Part shown: piece by piece, positions 1 through 13,122 of the stretch
Position numbering within the stretch: the stretch's first letter is position 1
How the letters are laid out: each line of letters opens with the position of its first letter
Assembly (NCBI GenBank): GCA_000004985.1
Contig: GG738859.1
Direction: 5' to 3' (one strand)
Length of the DNA stretch: 64,000 bases
Source of the DNA: Naegleria gruberi
Lineage: Eukaryota
Made by a program: the position numbers and the translations under genes
The notes under the pieces: generated by a model
Told to the model about the DNA's origin: nothing
The model's input: the letters and a program-made list of their open reading frames with translations, nothing else
The model's database searches: none

Positions 1-807
1 AATATGAACAAATATTTCAATTGGTTGATAAATTAAATTATTACCTTCCATTTTTGAAATTAATGAATATTTTAAATTATTGTTTATATTATTAATATTA
101 TTTAAATTATTTAAATTTAAATTATAATCTAAAATAGAAATTAAACATTGACCAATTCTATTTTTACCATTATCTTTATAATCATGTATAATTAAAGATC
201 TACCAATTAAATCAATTAAATTTAATTTAGTATTATTATGTGAATATAAATGGAAATTAATTATATTATTAACTTTTAATTGATCTGAAATTGAATATAA
301 ATCAATTGTTGCACCTAAATCTTCATTTCCATTTTTAGAATTAAATAATAATTGTGAAGATAATAAATGTCCACCAACTGAATTTCCATCATTTCCAAAT
401 AAATTACCAAATTCATGAACATGAAATGGTAATTTTTTATTTGAATATTCTAATGTATTTAATCCTATAATACTACCATTTATATTTATATTTAAATTAT
501 TATTTAAATTTAAATTTATATTATTATTATTATTTACATTGTTATTATTATTTGAATTTAAATTATTATTATTTAAATATTTAATAAATATAGTACCATG
601 AAGAGATGGCATATGTATAGTACCACGCATTCTACATATTAATTGTGATGATTTATCTTCTTGTTGATTATATAATGGTTTTATTAAATTATTATAATTA
701 TCAATATTTGATGATGTAATTGGTGAATTTAATGATATTACTATATTATTACATAATAATAATAGTAATAATACAATAATAAAAGATGATTGAATATTAA
801 TCATCAT
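1..807 (-). CDS. Cu/Zn superoxide dismutase-like secreted protein with Asn-rich insertions; 3' end runs off the window start (partial)
   Basis: Minus-strand ORF starts at the ATG pair at 807/804 with a hydrophobic signal-like N-terminus (MMINIQSSFIIVLLLLLL). It contains PFHVHEFGN...GGH and IGRSLIIHDYKDNGKN...RIGQC, which match the Cu/Zn SOD copper-ligand and active-site loop motifs. Asn-rich linkers interrupt the domain, and the ORF continues past position 1. Confidence 0.55.
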   Translation of the reverse strand, partial: MMINIQSSFIIVLLLLLLCNNIVISLNSPITSSNIDNYNNLIKPLYNQQEDKSSQLICRMRGTIHMPSLHGTIFIKYLNNNNLNSNNNNNVNNNNNINLNLNNNLNININGSIIGLNTLEYSNKKLPFHVHEFGNLFGNDGNSVGGHLLSSQLLFNSKNGNEDLGATIDLYSISDQLKVNNIINFHLYSHNNTKLNLIDLIGRSLIIHDYKDNGKNRIGQCLISILDYNLNLNNLNNINNINNNLKYSLISKMEGNNLIYQPIEIFVHI

Positions 808-1141
808 CCGATGATCAGTTAAAAACTTATTGATCATATTTATATAACAGTAACAAAGATTGAGTGGTAGGTGTAATAGTACTATAGAAAAGTATTGATC
901 AATGTTATTGTGATGATGATAAATGATAATACTACTACTCTTCAACAAATAGTACTATGCTAGTAGTAGTAGTAGATATTTATAATCGAATGTCAAAATA
1001 ATTTTTTTATTAAATAATAAATTTGATTTCAAACATGTTTGAACTTGTATTACATCTATCACATAATCTAATAATAATAATAATAATAATAATTAATAAT
1101 AATCTAATCTATGAATAACACACATGTAATCCCTATATAAA

Positions 1142-2735
1142 TTAATGTTTAAAATATTTTTCACATTGAACACCAATTCCAGCAACTTGATTTGACATGA
1201 AATATTGAAAACCTTCTCTAGTTAAATCTTGTTTCAATTGTTCTTCTTTTTGATTATTATTATCATTGTTATTGTTATTAATATTAATATCATTTAATAA
1301 AATAAAACCACATCCACCACCACCTGCACCTGTTAATTTAGCATGTAAATTATATTTAGATGCAATTTTACAAATTAAATCTAATTTAGGATGACCAGTT
1401 CCAATATCATTTAATAATGAATGATTTTTATCAATTAATTCTTCCATTTTTAATCTTAATTGAAAATAAATGTGATGAATTAATTTTTAATTGATTTAAA
1501 TATTCATCTGAAATATTTTGAATATCATTTAAACATTTTTCATAAAATTCAAAATTATTTTCTCTACGTTCTCTAACACCTTGAACAATTAATTTTGTAT
1601 TTCTTTCAACACGTGTATTAACAATTAAAATACGCATATTTGGTAATATTTGTGGTGATAAAAATTCTTGAATTTTACCTTGTGAAAAACTAATTACACC
1701 TCCAAATGTAGAAACTGAATTATCAATACCAGATGGTGTACCATGAATTAATGATTCAACAAAATATGACCATTCATTAATATATTTTAATACATTTTCA
1801 TTTGTTTCATTCTTATTTAAATTGTTATCATTTAAATTATTATTTAAATTATTATTAATATCATTTAAATTATTAGTACTATCATTGGTATCATTTAAAT
1901 TATTATTATTAATATTATTAATAGATTGATGATTAAATTGAATAGAATGATAATTAATTCTATTAAATAAAATTAATAAAGATGAAACTAAACAAACAGA
2001 AAAAGCAGCAGAAGAACCTAAACCAGCACCAATAGGTAAAGTAGTATTTGATAAATCAATATTAATATATTCAAATTGATGTTTACAATTTAATGGATTG
2101 TAAAATATTAAACATAAATATAAAACACTAACAATGGAAATAATCTTATTATATTCAATAGCTGCAACTGATGTTCCAATTTCCTTTTCAAGTAAAATAC
2201 TTTTAGTTAAAGTAACAAGTTTTTCAACAATTTCTTTATCAGGTTTATATAAATGTTGTTCTACTTGTTTAATATCTTGTAATGTATTATTTTTAATATG
2301 ATATAATTCATTTAATTGTTTAATAGTAAATAATGTCAAGATTTTAGAATATGGAATTTTAATATTATCAATAAATCCAATAGATGGTGCATAAAAGTTT
2401 ATCAATGTATCATTCTTTTCTTCTACTAGTTGATTTAATTGATTTAATTGATTTACTTGATGTTGAGTGTGTTCATGATGAGTATGTTGTTGTTGATGTT
2501 GTTGTTGATCAATAGTGTTATAATCATGATGAGAATGAATAGTATTAGATAATTTAGCCTTTAATGTTATTGTTGTTCTTAAATCACTTAATGAAGTAGC
2601 AATGGCATTCTTACCATACACTACTGCATGTTCTCCAAATAATATTAATTTACCTGGTGCTGAACAGGTAATTTCCAATTCACTATTATCATCATCATTA
2701 GTATGATATTGTTGTTGATGTTGATGTTGATCCAT
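1142..2735 (-). CDS. MVK: mevalonate kinase (GHMP kinase family); reading frame broken by an apparent 1-nt frameshift near 1431-1470
   Basis: Two minus-strand ORFs (2735..1431 and 1447..1142) together carry all three GHMP/mevalonate kinase motifs. These are APGKLILFGEHAVVYGK (motif 1), PIGAGLGSSAAFSVCLVSSL (motif 2) and EELIDKNHSLL...KLTGAGGGGCGFILL (motif 3, aligning with human LEELIDMNQHHL...KLTGAGGGGCG). The ORFs are offset by +1, and the overlap contains no GT dinucleotide on the coding strand, so an intron cannot explain the shift. Confidence 0.8.
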
Positions 2736-3327
2736 TTTTTAAAAAACAATATTTCATTTAATATAATATTATATTGTTATGAGGTGTTGATGGTGATCCG
2801 ATTTAAAATTTATTAATTGTAAGGTAGTTCGGATACCTCCTTCTCCATTCATTCACTCCACCATTCGCGAATCAATTCTATTATGAAAAAACAAACTGTT
2901 GAGTGTGATCATAAATACAATGTTCAAAGTTGTTGAAATATTATGTTGAAAATTTCACAATTAACATTTATGTCACTTTAAAATCTAATAAATCATTTCA
3001 TGGCCAATGAGAGAATCAATATTAAGCCTTCACAAACAATTCATCATCATCACCATTATCATATCTAATAAAAGAAATAAATAAAAGATTCTTTAATACG
3101 CACTCCAATTGTCCTTATCCATTTGATAAGGATGATGATGCATTATACTTCTCCATTCAATCAATAGTAAAAAAACAAACCTATTCAACTCTTTATCAAT
3201 ACCTTCTCTCTAATACATCCGATAAATAGTCCTCCTCCTCTTCTTTCCTACCTTTTATCAATCATAATACAACAACAATAATAATAATAACTGAATTTAA
3301 ATTCTCAATAATTTCAATTTATAAAAA

Positions 3328-3980
3328 ATGTCAATGATTAAATCTCTCAAACGTACCACAACTACCATTGCTAATAATATCACTTCTAAACAATGCAATT
3401 TACTTTCTAATAAGAATGTATTTTCATATAGTAATCAAATTAGATTTAAATATAGTGATAAAGTAATAGATCATCATAAAAATCCAAGAAATAGTGGTTC
3501 ATTAGATGCTAAAGATGCAAATGTTGGTACTGCTCTTGTTGGTGCGTAAGTATTTATTATATTAATATTAATAATATTTAATTTAAATATTTTCAATATA
3601 TACAATACTATTTAAATATTAATATTATTATTATCAAATAATCGGAAAAAAGACCATCTTGTGGAGATGTATTAAAATTTCAAATTCTAGTAGATGATAA
3701 TGGTAAAGTAATTGATGCTAAATTTAAAGCCTTTGGATGTGGTAGTGCAATTGCTAGTAGTAGTTATGCAACAGAACTTGTGAAAGGTAAAACAATTGAA
3801 GATTGTATGATGATTACAAATAATGATATTGCATCACATTTATCTTTACCTCCTGTTAAGAAACATTGTAGTTTATTAGCTGAAGAAGCTATTAGAAAAG
3901 CAACTGAAGATTATATGAAAAAGAAACAAGAAAAGGAAAAATTTAAATTAGAACAACAACAAGAATCACAATCTAATTAA
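3328..3980 (+). CDS. ISCU: iron-sulfur cluster assembly scaffold IscU/ISU1 (mitochondrial); 2 exons join(3328..3545,3653..3980)
   Basis: Exon 1 ends HHKNPRNSGSLDAKDANVGTALVG. A GTAAGT donor lies at 3546 and an AG acceptor at 3651-3652, giving a 107-nt AT-rich intron. Exon 2 continues APSCGDVLKFQILVDDNGKVIDAKFKAFGCGSAIASSSYATELVKGKTIEDC...LPPVKKHCSLLAEEAI, the canonical IscU sequence with its three conserved Cys. Confidence 0.9.
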
Positions 3981-4383
3981 TTATATTTTAATGATTATGA
4001 TGATGATGATTAATAATAATAATTGGAAATTAAGTAATATCAATGTTAATAATAATAGTAGTAGTAGTATGAATTCAACTCAATTATTCTAGATTATCTG
4101 AATAGAAGATGGAATAATTTTCTTGTAGATTTAAAATACTCAACAAACTTACACATTTACTCTTATTTGAGATGTGTTATTATTAACATAATAAAATAGT
4201 AATGTATTACTTTAAATGTTTTTCTTCTCTTGTTGATATTTTCCCTCCAATTATTTTACTCTCTAATGAAAAAAAGAAGGCAGAATATTGTTGTTCTTCA
4301 CCTCCAACCAATGAGTGATGGGAGAGGTTCAAAAAAATGCTGTACACTCTTATGTTGAATTTAAAAATTGTTCGTAAAAAAAA

Positions 4384-7105
4384 ATGACAACAGCCATCGT
4401 TTCCACACCAACTCCTCATCGTACTTCTCTCGGTGGTGGTGGTAGTGGTATTGTTACTAATAAACACATTTCCAATTCTACAACAAATAATAATAACAAT
4501 ACACTCATAATACCTACTTCTTCTAATAACAATTTAAAAGATATAAAATATACTTGTGGTGGTATATTTAATAGTAAACCAATATTAATTGATAATGAAA
4601 ATATAATTGTAATTGCAGTTTCACAAACTATAAAAATATATTCATCTAATACAGGTAAACAATTGAATGAAATTATTCATCATACTAAAAAGATTACACA
4701 AATAATTAAAGATGATTGTAATGAAAATCAAATATATAGTGTATCTGAAGATGGATTATTATGTTTATGGAAGATTGATAATGAAAATAATACATTTATA
4801 TTAATTAAAGAATTATCTATTAATAAACCTATATATGGAATACAACAAGATTCAAATTTAATATATTTATGTATATATGAACATTTTTATAGTATAATTA
4901 AAATTAATATATTAAATAATGAAATTGAATATAATTTATTTCAAATGTTAAATTTTACACAAATGATTTTATCAAATTATTTATTTATAATTGGTGGATT
5001 AGATTTATATATTTATAATTTAAAAAAACAAGAAATTGAAAATATAATTACAAATCAAGGATCAAATTTAACTTGTTTAACATTTTGTAAAGAAAATCAA
5101 ATATTAGCAACTGGAGATGGACATGGTGTCATTTCTTTATATTTTTCAGATGGTACAAAATCATCACATCATTGGCATCCATCTATGGTAACTAATTTAC
5201 AATTTAGTGAAGAAGGTGATTATTTATATTCATCTGGTATTGAAGGTGTTGTTGTTTGTTGGAGATTACCTTCTCTTAAAAAGGATAAATTCCTTGTTAC
5301 TGATTGTAGTATTTCTAATTTTATGTTATCTTCAAATCAAGATGATATTTTCATTTTAGGTAAAGATAATATTATTAGAAAATATGAATTTGCTAGATTT
5401 AATTTAATTTATAGAATTTATGGTATTAATATTGATCAATCTAATTCAATTAATAATAATTCTTTTAATATTACTTCGTAGTAGTAGTACTTTTAATACT
5501 AATACTTTTAATAATACTAGTCAATTTAATAATAATAATATTAATCTATCAAATACAATTAAAGTAATTAATGAACCTAATAGTAATTATATTTTAATGA
5601 ATGGTACAAATTCATTACAATGGTTTAATATTAATGATTCAACTATTAAACATTATGAATCTATTCAATTTAGAGATGTTAAATATGATCCATCTCGTTT
5701 TATTAATTCTGAATCTAAACCTATTAAAAATATTATTGAACATTTGGCTTTTAATCAAAATGCAAATTATTTAGCACACGTTGAAAGTTTTAATCAATTT
5801 AAACAAAATTTAAAATTCTGGAAATTAGATAATAATAATATGAATATGAATAATATGAATAATAGTGTTAATGGTAGTAGTGATAACAATGATAGTACTA
5901 ATAATACTAATAATAGTGGTATTAGTAAAAAAATGAAACCAAAATTAATTACAGTTATTGATAATCCACATTCAGATAAAATTACACAATTATTATTTAA
6001 TAATGGTAATAATAATCAATGTTTAACATCATCTATTGATGGTAAAATTAGAATTTGGAATTTAACAAGTGAATTATTTACATGTCAAGCAATATTAGAA
6101 TATAAAAATTTACCATGTTATTCATTTGATATAAGTAAAGATGGTACATTATTATGTGCTGTATTTGGTAATGAAATTACATTATGGGATTTGGAAAGAT
6201 TTGAATTAATTGAATCATATAATTATCCATATCAATTATTAGATTGTAAATTCATTAATGATGATTATATTGCTATTATTTCTGATAGATATATTTCTTT
6301 ATTCTCTTTATTATTTGATAATAAGAATTTATGGACTATTGATGCTGGTCATGTTCAATCTTTAATTACAAATCAAAATGAACAATTTGCATGTATTGTT
6401 AATGGAAGTGAAATTATTCAATTTTCATTAAATAATAATACTATTAATAATACTAATATATCATCATATCCAATGGTTAATTATCATTTAGATACTGATC
6501 ACTTTTTACAATCTTTATTTTATAAGAATAATCAATTATATTTCTTAAATAAGCAATTTGAAATTTATAATATTATTAATAGTAATAATAATACTACTAC
6601 AAATAATACTAGTACTACTACAAGTAATGTTAATGGTAGTACTGCTACTGCTACTACTACTACTATTAATAATAATAAGAATGAAAAGAATGAAGAACAA
6701 TCCATTGAAGAAAATGGAACAATTAAATCAATTTATGATAAGAAATGGAAATCTTCTGATAGAATTTCATTAATGGAACTTCAAAGAGTTAATACAGTTC
6801 CATTTGCAACTGATATTGGTAATAGAGCATGGAAGGAAATATTTAATGCACCTTCTCATTCTTTAATTTCAATGTCATCTTGTTATTCTACTTTTATGAA
6901 TACTTTTATTTTGAAATCTATTAATAAGAATAATACTTTTAACAATTCAAATGATAATAATACAACAACAACAACAATGAATCATCAATATGCAACACTT
7001 GTTCCAAATACTCAATCATCATCTCAACAACAACAACATGTTGAAGAAAGTTGTGTTCCATCTGCTGATTTAATTAGATTTATTAATAATTATTCAAAAC
7101 AATAA
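4384..7105 (+). CDS. WDR75: WD40-repeat protein, WDR75/UTP17 (NAN1)-like SSU-processome component; apparent frameshift at about 5420-5485
   Basis: ORFs 4384..5481 and 5420..7105 (offset +1) both carry WD repeats (ATGDGHGVISLY, SSGIEGVVVCWRL, TSSIDGKIRIWNL, NEITLWDL). The block LTFCKENQILATGDGHGVISLYFSDG..HHWHPSMVTNLQFSEEGDYLYSSGIEGVVVCWR aligns well with human WDR75 (VACHPTEDCIASGHMDGKIRLWRNF...CLHWHHDMVMDLAFSVTGTSLLSGGRESVLVEWR). No GT..AG pair in the overlap restores the frame. Confidence 0.7.
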
Positions 7106-7179
7106 AAATATCATTTTTAAACAATAAATATTTAAAAAATTAATAATATTTAAAAAAATCTTTCTAGTATTACAATTTA

Positions 7180-7757
7180 TTACCATTTAAATCCTTTTGG
7201 TTTATGAGAACCACATGCAGTTAAAAGTCTCTTTTCTAATTCTTCAACACGAATTTCATCAACATTTGTAATTTCCATAGTAACATGAATATGACCAGCC
7301 TTAAGATTATCAATAGTTGAATTAATAGAATTTCTTAAAACACCCAAATCTCTTCTACGGAGTGGTTTAACATTCTCTCCAACAAATGGTAATTGTACAA
7401 AATAGGTTCTTTGTGTTTCAACACTTTCATCTTTATCAATTGATTGAACTGCAAATATTGGCAATTGAACTTTTGTTGAATCTAAAGCTGATTTAACATC
7501 TTCTAAACCACTATTATTGTTATTTTGAATTTGAATAGCGATGATTTTGAATATAAGGTGATGATGATTGTTATTGTTGTTAGTAAATAATTGTGTTGTT
7601 ATTAATATATTAATTTTTAAATTAAGGAAATAATGAAAACATACTTGACACCAACAGTCTTAATAACAGCAGCACCATTTTCCCATTCAAAAACAATTGA
7701 TTTAGTGTCTTCCTTATTAGAAAAGAGTGACTTGATGGTTTCTTCAATTGAACTCAT
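7180..7757 (-). CDS. coactosin-like ADF-H (actin depolymerising factor homology) domain protein, about 147 aa; complement(join(7180..7510,7645..7757))
   Basis: Exon 1 reads MSSIEETIKSLFSNKEDTKSIVFEWENGAAVIKTVGV and ends at a GTATGT donor (plus 7644-7639). A 134-nt intron leads to an AATAATAG acceptor, with exon 2 starting at 7510. The C-terminal half (RTYFVQLPFVGENVKPLRRRDLGV...HIHVTMEITNVDEIRVEELEKRLLTACG) aligns with human coactosin (RSKFALITWIGENVSGLQRAKTG...EFVISDRKELEEDFIKSELKKAGG). Confidence 0.6.
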
Positions 7758-8455
7758 TTTTTAAAAATGTTTAATTATTAAATTTCACATACACGCAACC
7801 GTTTTTCATGTGTGAAACAAACACGCACACAGAGCAATAACCACACTCACACAGATATTGATAATAGATTGAGAGGAGCACACAACCTTTATATCCAACC
7901 TGGAAAGATTTTTTAATCAATTGGTCAGCACAGGTTATAATGGTAATTGTAATTTCATCCATATTCAATAAAACAAACATCTTTGAAATAATGTGAATTT
8001 GATTCTTATTCATAACAATAATGGAGAGATAAATTGTTTGGATAATAACTTCTAATCAACCTTAATGTGTTGTGATGGATAAATTCTCTAAAGAACATTA
8101 CTATCATTGTTTTTTATTATACTATTAACTAATAATAACCAATGAATGTATGAGGATTCTCATCAATTGATTAGTTTCTATTGTGTTATGGCTAGGTGTG
8201 TACTTTAATTGAACATTACCAACGAACAACAAAACTTGTTCATCTCTCTCAATGCAACTGATTCTGCTGGATTTAATAGTACTACCCTTATTAATAGGAT
8301 CTAAGCAGCAATGCACACTTTCACCTGTGGTTATCATTTGTAGAATCCATCACTGAACGTCCATCAAAAAGGCTTTGTGTTTTTTACCCGCCAAAAAAAC
8401 TACAGAAAAACAGTTTTATAAAACTACAACTGAAAAAAAAAGAGACAACTTCATC

Positions 8456-10594
8456 ATGGGTAATACATGTGCTGTTAATCAAACCAATAATTTAGCAGAG
8501 GTGGATGATTTTGCAGAGAATGGAAGATTTAATTCCTATCTTGCAACTTTACCAAAGCTCTTCACCGAAACAGCAGTACACGGAGAGAAATTCCTCTGTA
8601 CCGCATATGTAACATCAAACTTTAAATCTGTGATATTCGCTACAGCCGATATTAAAAAGAACTTTTTTATGAAGCAAGTCACAAGAAAAAAGTTGAATGA
8701 AATTGTAAGTATTGAGGTGTTGATAATGTGTAGTAGAATGTTATTGTTCCACATATTATAGAGAGATAAATTAGACGTTAATAACACTATTGGATGGTGG
8801 AACTTTTTCACGGCATTAAAACATGCTTTTGTTGCTAGAAAAGTGTCCCTTAAAATTGATGGTGATGAATGTTTATTCAATATTGATTTAAATTTTGCTA
8901 ATATTGGAAGAACTTGTTTATCATTACCACTGAAAAGAGATCCAGAAGCCTTTGAACATTTAACTTCATTCTTTGTTAATCCGCTTCATGATTTTTATAG
9001 TGCTAGAATTGAAAGTGCACCTGTAGAAAAATTAGAACAATTAGAAAAACAAATCAAGTTGTACAAAGATAAAATTGCAGAAGTTGAAAGAGAAATTAAG
9101 GAAAAGTATCCAGATGCTAATACACCCGAAGAAGAAGATGATGGAGGAGATGAAGTTCTTGATGAAGATCAAAAACCAGAACCACCAAAAGAACAACCTA
9201 AAGAAGAACCTAAACCAGTTCAACCTAAAGAAGAACCAAAACCAACACCAGTTGAAGTTGAAGATTTTACTAATTTAGAATCTACTAAGGTTATTAAATT
9301 CTTGGGTGATATTAAGAACAAATTAACAGAAAATAATTCGATAACACTGAAAGAAAAACAATCCTTTGAAAGAATTATTGGTATATTATCAACAGAAGAT
9401 AAATATCAAGAACCATTATCTAAGGAATTACTTTCAGAAACAGATATTGATGTATTTGAATTTCTTAAAATCAAATATGCTAAAGATCAACCTGTTAGGT
9501 TGAGAGGAAAAGATGGTCCAATTGAATTTAAACATGGAGAAGAAGCTAGAAAGCATTTGGAATCTAATAATGTAATACTAACAGCTCCAAGGGAACAATT
9601 ACTAACTATATTTGAAAAATTAGATTCATGGAGTTTTGATGTATTTGAAGTATTTAATGCAACAGGAGGAAATCCATTATTTGCAACATGTTATGCTTTA
9701 TTCTTGAAATATGATTTTATTAAGAAGTTTAATATTAATGAAGAGATTTTTATTAACTTTTTAAGAGAATTAGAAGCAGGTTATCATCCAAATCCATATC
9801 ACAATAATGCACACGCAGCAGATGTACTTCAAGCAACACATTTTATTGTTCAAGAAGGTGGTTTAATTGAAAAGTTAGCAGTTGAAGATTGTTTTGCAGC
9901 ACTTGTTTCTGCAACTATTCACGATTATGATCATCCAGGTTTAAATAATGCATTCCAAGTTAATACTAGAAGTTATTTGGCAACATTGTATAATGATAGA
10001 GCTGTATTAGAAAATCACCATTGTTCTCAAGCCTTTGAATTAATGCGTCAAGACAAGTATAATATTCTGAGTGGATTGAGCAATGAACAAAAGAAGGATA
10101 TTCGTGAAACTATTGTTGAAATGTTATTAGCTACTGATATGGGTCAACATGCAAAAATTGTTGGTAAATTTAAAGGTAGACTTGAAGCTAAGGCAGATTT
10201 TAAGGCTAAAGATGATATTAGATTAGCACTTCAAATTGCTATCAAGATGGCTGATGTTTCAAATCCAGCTAGACCTCTAGGCATTGCTTTGAAATGGACT
10301 GAAAGAATTACAGATGAATTCTTTGCACAAGGTGATTTGGAAAGAAATAGTGGTCTTTCAATTTCACCAATGATGGACCGTGCTACTCAACATGTTGGTA
10401 AAGGTCAAATTGCTTTTATCAATTATCTAGTCACTCCAATGTATGAAAGTTTCTTTAATATTGCTCCTGGAATGGCTTTTTGTAAAAAGTTTATTGAAAA
10501 CAATAGATCTTATTGGGAAGTTCACGCAATTGGTGATAAGAATGATTATGATAAATTGTGGTGGGAACCTCCTGTTGCTGAACCAAAAGAATAA
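8456..10594 (+). CDS. class I (HD-domain) 3',5'-cyclic nucleotide phosphodiesterase, probably cAMP-specific; join(8456..8704,8762..10594)
   Basis: The catalytic signatures YHNNAHAADVLQATHFIV, HDYDHPGLNNAF, LATDMGQH and DVSNPARP are typical of a class I PDE. The N-terminus is MGNTCAVN (Gly2/Cys5, a myristoylation/palmitoylation-type motif), followed by a coiled-coil and a Pro/Glu/Lys-rich linker. A GTAAGT donor lies at 8705 and a TATAG acceptor ends at 8761, giving a 57-nt intron with both exons in frame. Confidence 0.85.
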
Positions 10595-11264
10595 AATTAT
10601 GTAAATATTTAATATTAAGTTTAAGGTAATTGTTTCAGTGGAACAATTTAAAAATATTGATACCATCCAAGATTGGTTTATTAAACACTTCCAATAATGA
10701 ATTGCAGAAAAGACTTTACATGAAAATAGAGAATGTATTGAATGTTGCCTTATTGTTCCAAGACTGGTTTGTCAGCTTCTGATGCAATGTCTGAAATCAA
10801 TCACAAACGCTATAAAACATGGGTTTTTATACGAAACATCCACATCAACAGAAATCCAAAGATTACTTTCGTTGCCATTCAATCTACAAATGTGATTCGT
10901 GCATGCAAATGTCAAGTTCCTCTTCTTTATTGAACTTACGAAATAGGTTGAGATTTTTCATTTATAATAAACACTAAAGCATCCACACTAATTCAACCGT
11001 GTATCTCAACAGGGAAGTTTGGTTGTCCCAAAATAGAAGCAAGTGCTATTGCTCTTGGTACTGAAAGGAGATTTTATTATTAAAGAGTATGAAGATGAAA
11101 ATCTTCTTGGGTTATTAGTTCTTCATCTTCATCTCCAACGTCACTCTCGCCTTTTTCCTTCATATTATTATTTATGAATTTAGTAATATCATTAATACGT
11201 TGCATAATTGCAGGATGGTTGCATTTTGAATCAAAAGAAGGGGTATAATGAGGAAGTGTTGATC

Positions 11265-12393
11265 ATGCTGGTGACATTTTTATGTTTTTGTAATAAACCA
11301 AAAAAAAATGAAGAGAATTACGAAACAGAATTATGTAATGATGTTATTTGGGAAATTATTGATTCATCTAACTTCATTTTGCATAATTGTGTTTTAATTT
11401 CTAAACAATGGTTTGATATTGCGAAGAAGTATATTAAATTATCTGTTAAATTTAGCAAACTAGTTGACGATGAGAAAATCATGTTATTAAGTCGTAGTCC
11501 ATTTTCTATCAATTCATTAACATTCGAAAAATCAACTATTATTGGTAAAGATTCAATAGGCACATTAACACAATTAACAAGCCTTGATATTCACAACAAT
11601 GGTATTGATAGTACTGGAGCTGAATATATTAGTGATTTAAAACAACTGACTAACCTTGATATTAGTTACAGTCTGATTAGTAACATAGGAGCTGGATATT
11701 TAAGCAAAATAAAAAAATTAACAACACTTAATGTTAATGGAAAGCATGCTAGGAAACATAGGAGCTGAGCATATTAGTAAATTAAAACAACTAACATATC
11801 TAAATATTCAGAATAATCAAATTGGCTCCACAGGAGCTAAATACTTAAGAGAATTAAAACAACTAACAAATCCTAATATTCATACTAATGATATTGACTC
11901 TAAGCGAGCTGAATATTTAAGTGAGCTGAAACAATTACAAACTCTAGAAATAGGTTATAATAATATTGAGAGTGCAGGTGTTGAATATTTGAGTAGCATA
12001 GAACAGTTCTCACATCTTGGTGTTGCTGCAAATGAAATTGTTACTGAAGGAGTTAAATGGTTGGGTAACTTGAAACAATTAACATATCTTGATATTAGCT
12101 GTAATCAAGTTTTTATTATTGGTGATGATATTAACTCTGAGGAAGTCGAAATTTTGACTGGTATGCAACAATTACAATACCTAGATATTGGTGGAAATTA
12201 TATTGATGATGAAGGAGCTAAATGTTTGAGTAAATTAAAAGAATTAAAACATCTTAATGTTCTTAGAAATGCAATTAGTGAGGAAGGAGCACAACATATT
12301 AGTAAATTGGAAAAATTAACATTTCTTAATATTGCAAACAATGATATTGGTTATCAAGGGATCTATTTAAGTAAAATGAAGCAATTACACTGA
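11265..12393 (+). CDS. F-box / leucine-rich-repeat (RNI-type LRR) protein with an apparent 1-nt frameshift at about 11745-11750
   Basis: An F-box-like N-terminus (LCNDVIWEIIDSSNFILHNCVLISKQWFDIAKKY) is followed by more than 10 LxxLxLxxNxIGxxGAxYLSxLKQLT repeats. The repeat register passes from ORF 11208..11768 into ORF 11731..12393 at ggaaag-c-atgctagga, where ...LNVNGK shifts to MLGNIGAEHISKLKQLT. An intron is impossible there, so this is a sequencing indel or a pseudogene. Confidence 0.55.
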
Positions 12394-12436
12394 ATTTTCT
12401 TGACATCCTCAGCCCACGATTAGCATTTCTTAATAA

Positions 12437-12871
12437 TTAATTCTTAATACACGTGTCAATGTTCTCTACCAACACTTTTTTTACATGATTATTGAATAAC
12501 AATCCAGCACCACCCATATAAATCGGAATGGCATCTCCCATAGCAATAGGAATATGATTGAGCCATCTAGCTCCCAAATCCATAAATTGTTCCAAACAAT
12601 TGGCAGCAAAATAACTGTCCGTGTCAATGAGCAAACTCCACTCGGTTGTTTTGAATTGCTTGACTATGTACTCTAGTCCGTAGATGAATGCTGATTGAGC
12701 AATTCGCCATTCCAATGATTTACTCAGCCATTCAGCCTTCTCTGAAATTGTTTTGGGATCCAAAGTTTCAAAAACATTGAAAAAGAATTCTTCTACAAGA
12801 TGAATAGATGTAATGTCCAAGTGGTAGATAGTTCCATTTTGATTTTTTTGTTCTGTCAATCTCTGGCACAA
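12437..12871 (-). CDS. fringe-like glycosyltransferase (GT31-type) C-terminal fragment; the N-terminal catalytic half was not found (partial gene or pseudogene)
   Basis: LLIDTDSYFAANCLEQF...IPIYMGGAGLLFNNHVKKVL resembles the DxD region and C-terminal GGAG motif of Fringe/beta-1,3-GT-like domains. The ORF begins directly after an in-frame stop. No convincing upstream exon was found. Confidence 0.3.
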   Translation of the reverse strand: MCQRLTEQKNQNGTIYHLDITSIHLVEEFFFNVFETLDPKTISEKAEWLSKSLEWRIAQSAFIYGLEYIVKQFKTTEWSLLIDTDSYFAANCLEQFMDLGARWLNHIPIAMGDAIPIYMGGAGLLFNNHVKKVLVENIDTCIKN

Positions 12872-13122
12872 ATTTTAGCCGTGTATTCATTTTTTTTAAT
12901 TCGCACAAGAAGATGTTGTGATGTGATGAACGAGTTAGTTATCTTTGATTGTTCTTGTTGACTTCACTCACTTTCGACAGCAAATCTTTTATTAAAGCAA
13001 TTAACATCCTCTCAAGTATACTTCTCCAACAAACCTCCTTCCTCGTATCCACAAAGATTTTTTGAAAAAATTGAGGAAGCCTTGAATAAAGCAACACAAA
13101 AAGCCTTTTCTTTATTTCTCCA

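Noticed and set aside
1431-1500. An intron joining the two mevalonate kinase ORFs
   Set aside because: The coding strand between the conserved blocks contains no GT dinucleotide at all, so no donor is possible. It was treated as a 1-nt indel.
5423-5481. A candidate 59-nt intron (GTATTA..CGTAG) joining the two WDR75 ORFs
   Set aside because: Its length is 2 mod 3 and none of the nearby AG acceptors restores the downstream frame. No GT..AG pair in 5360-5520 works. It was treated as a frameshift instead.
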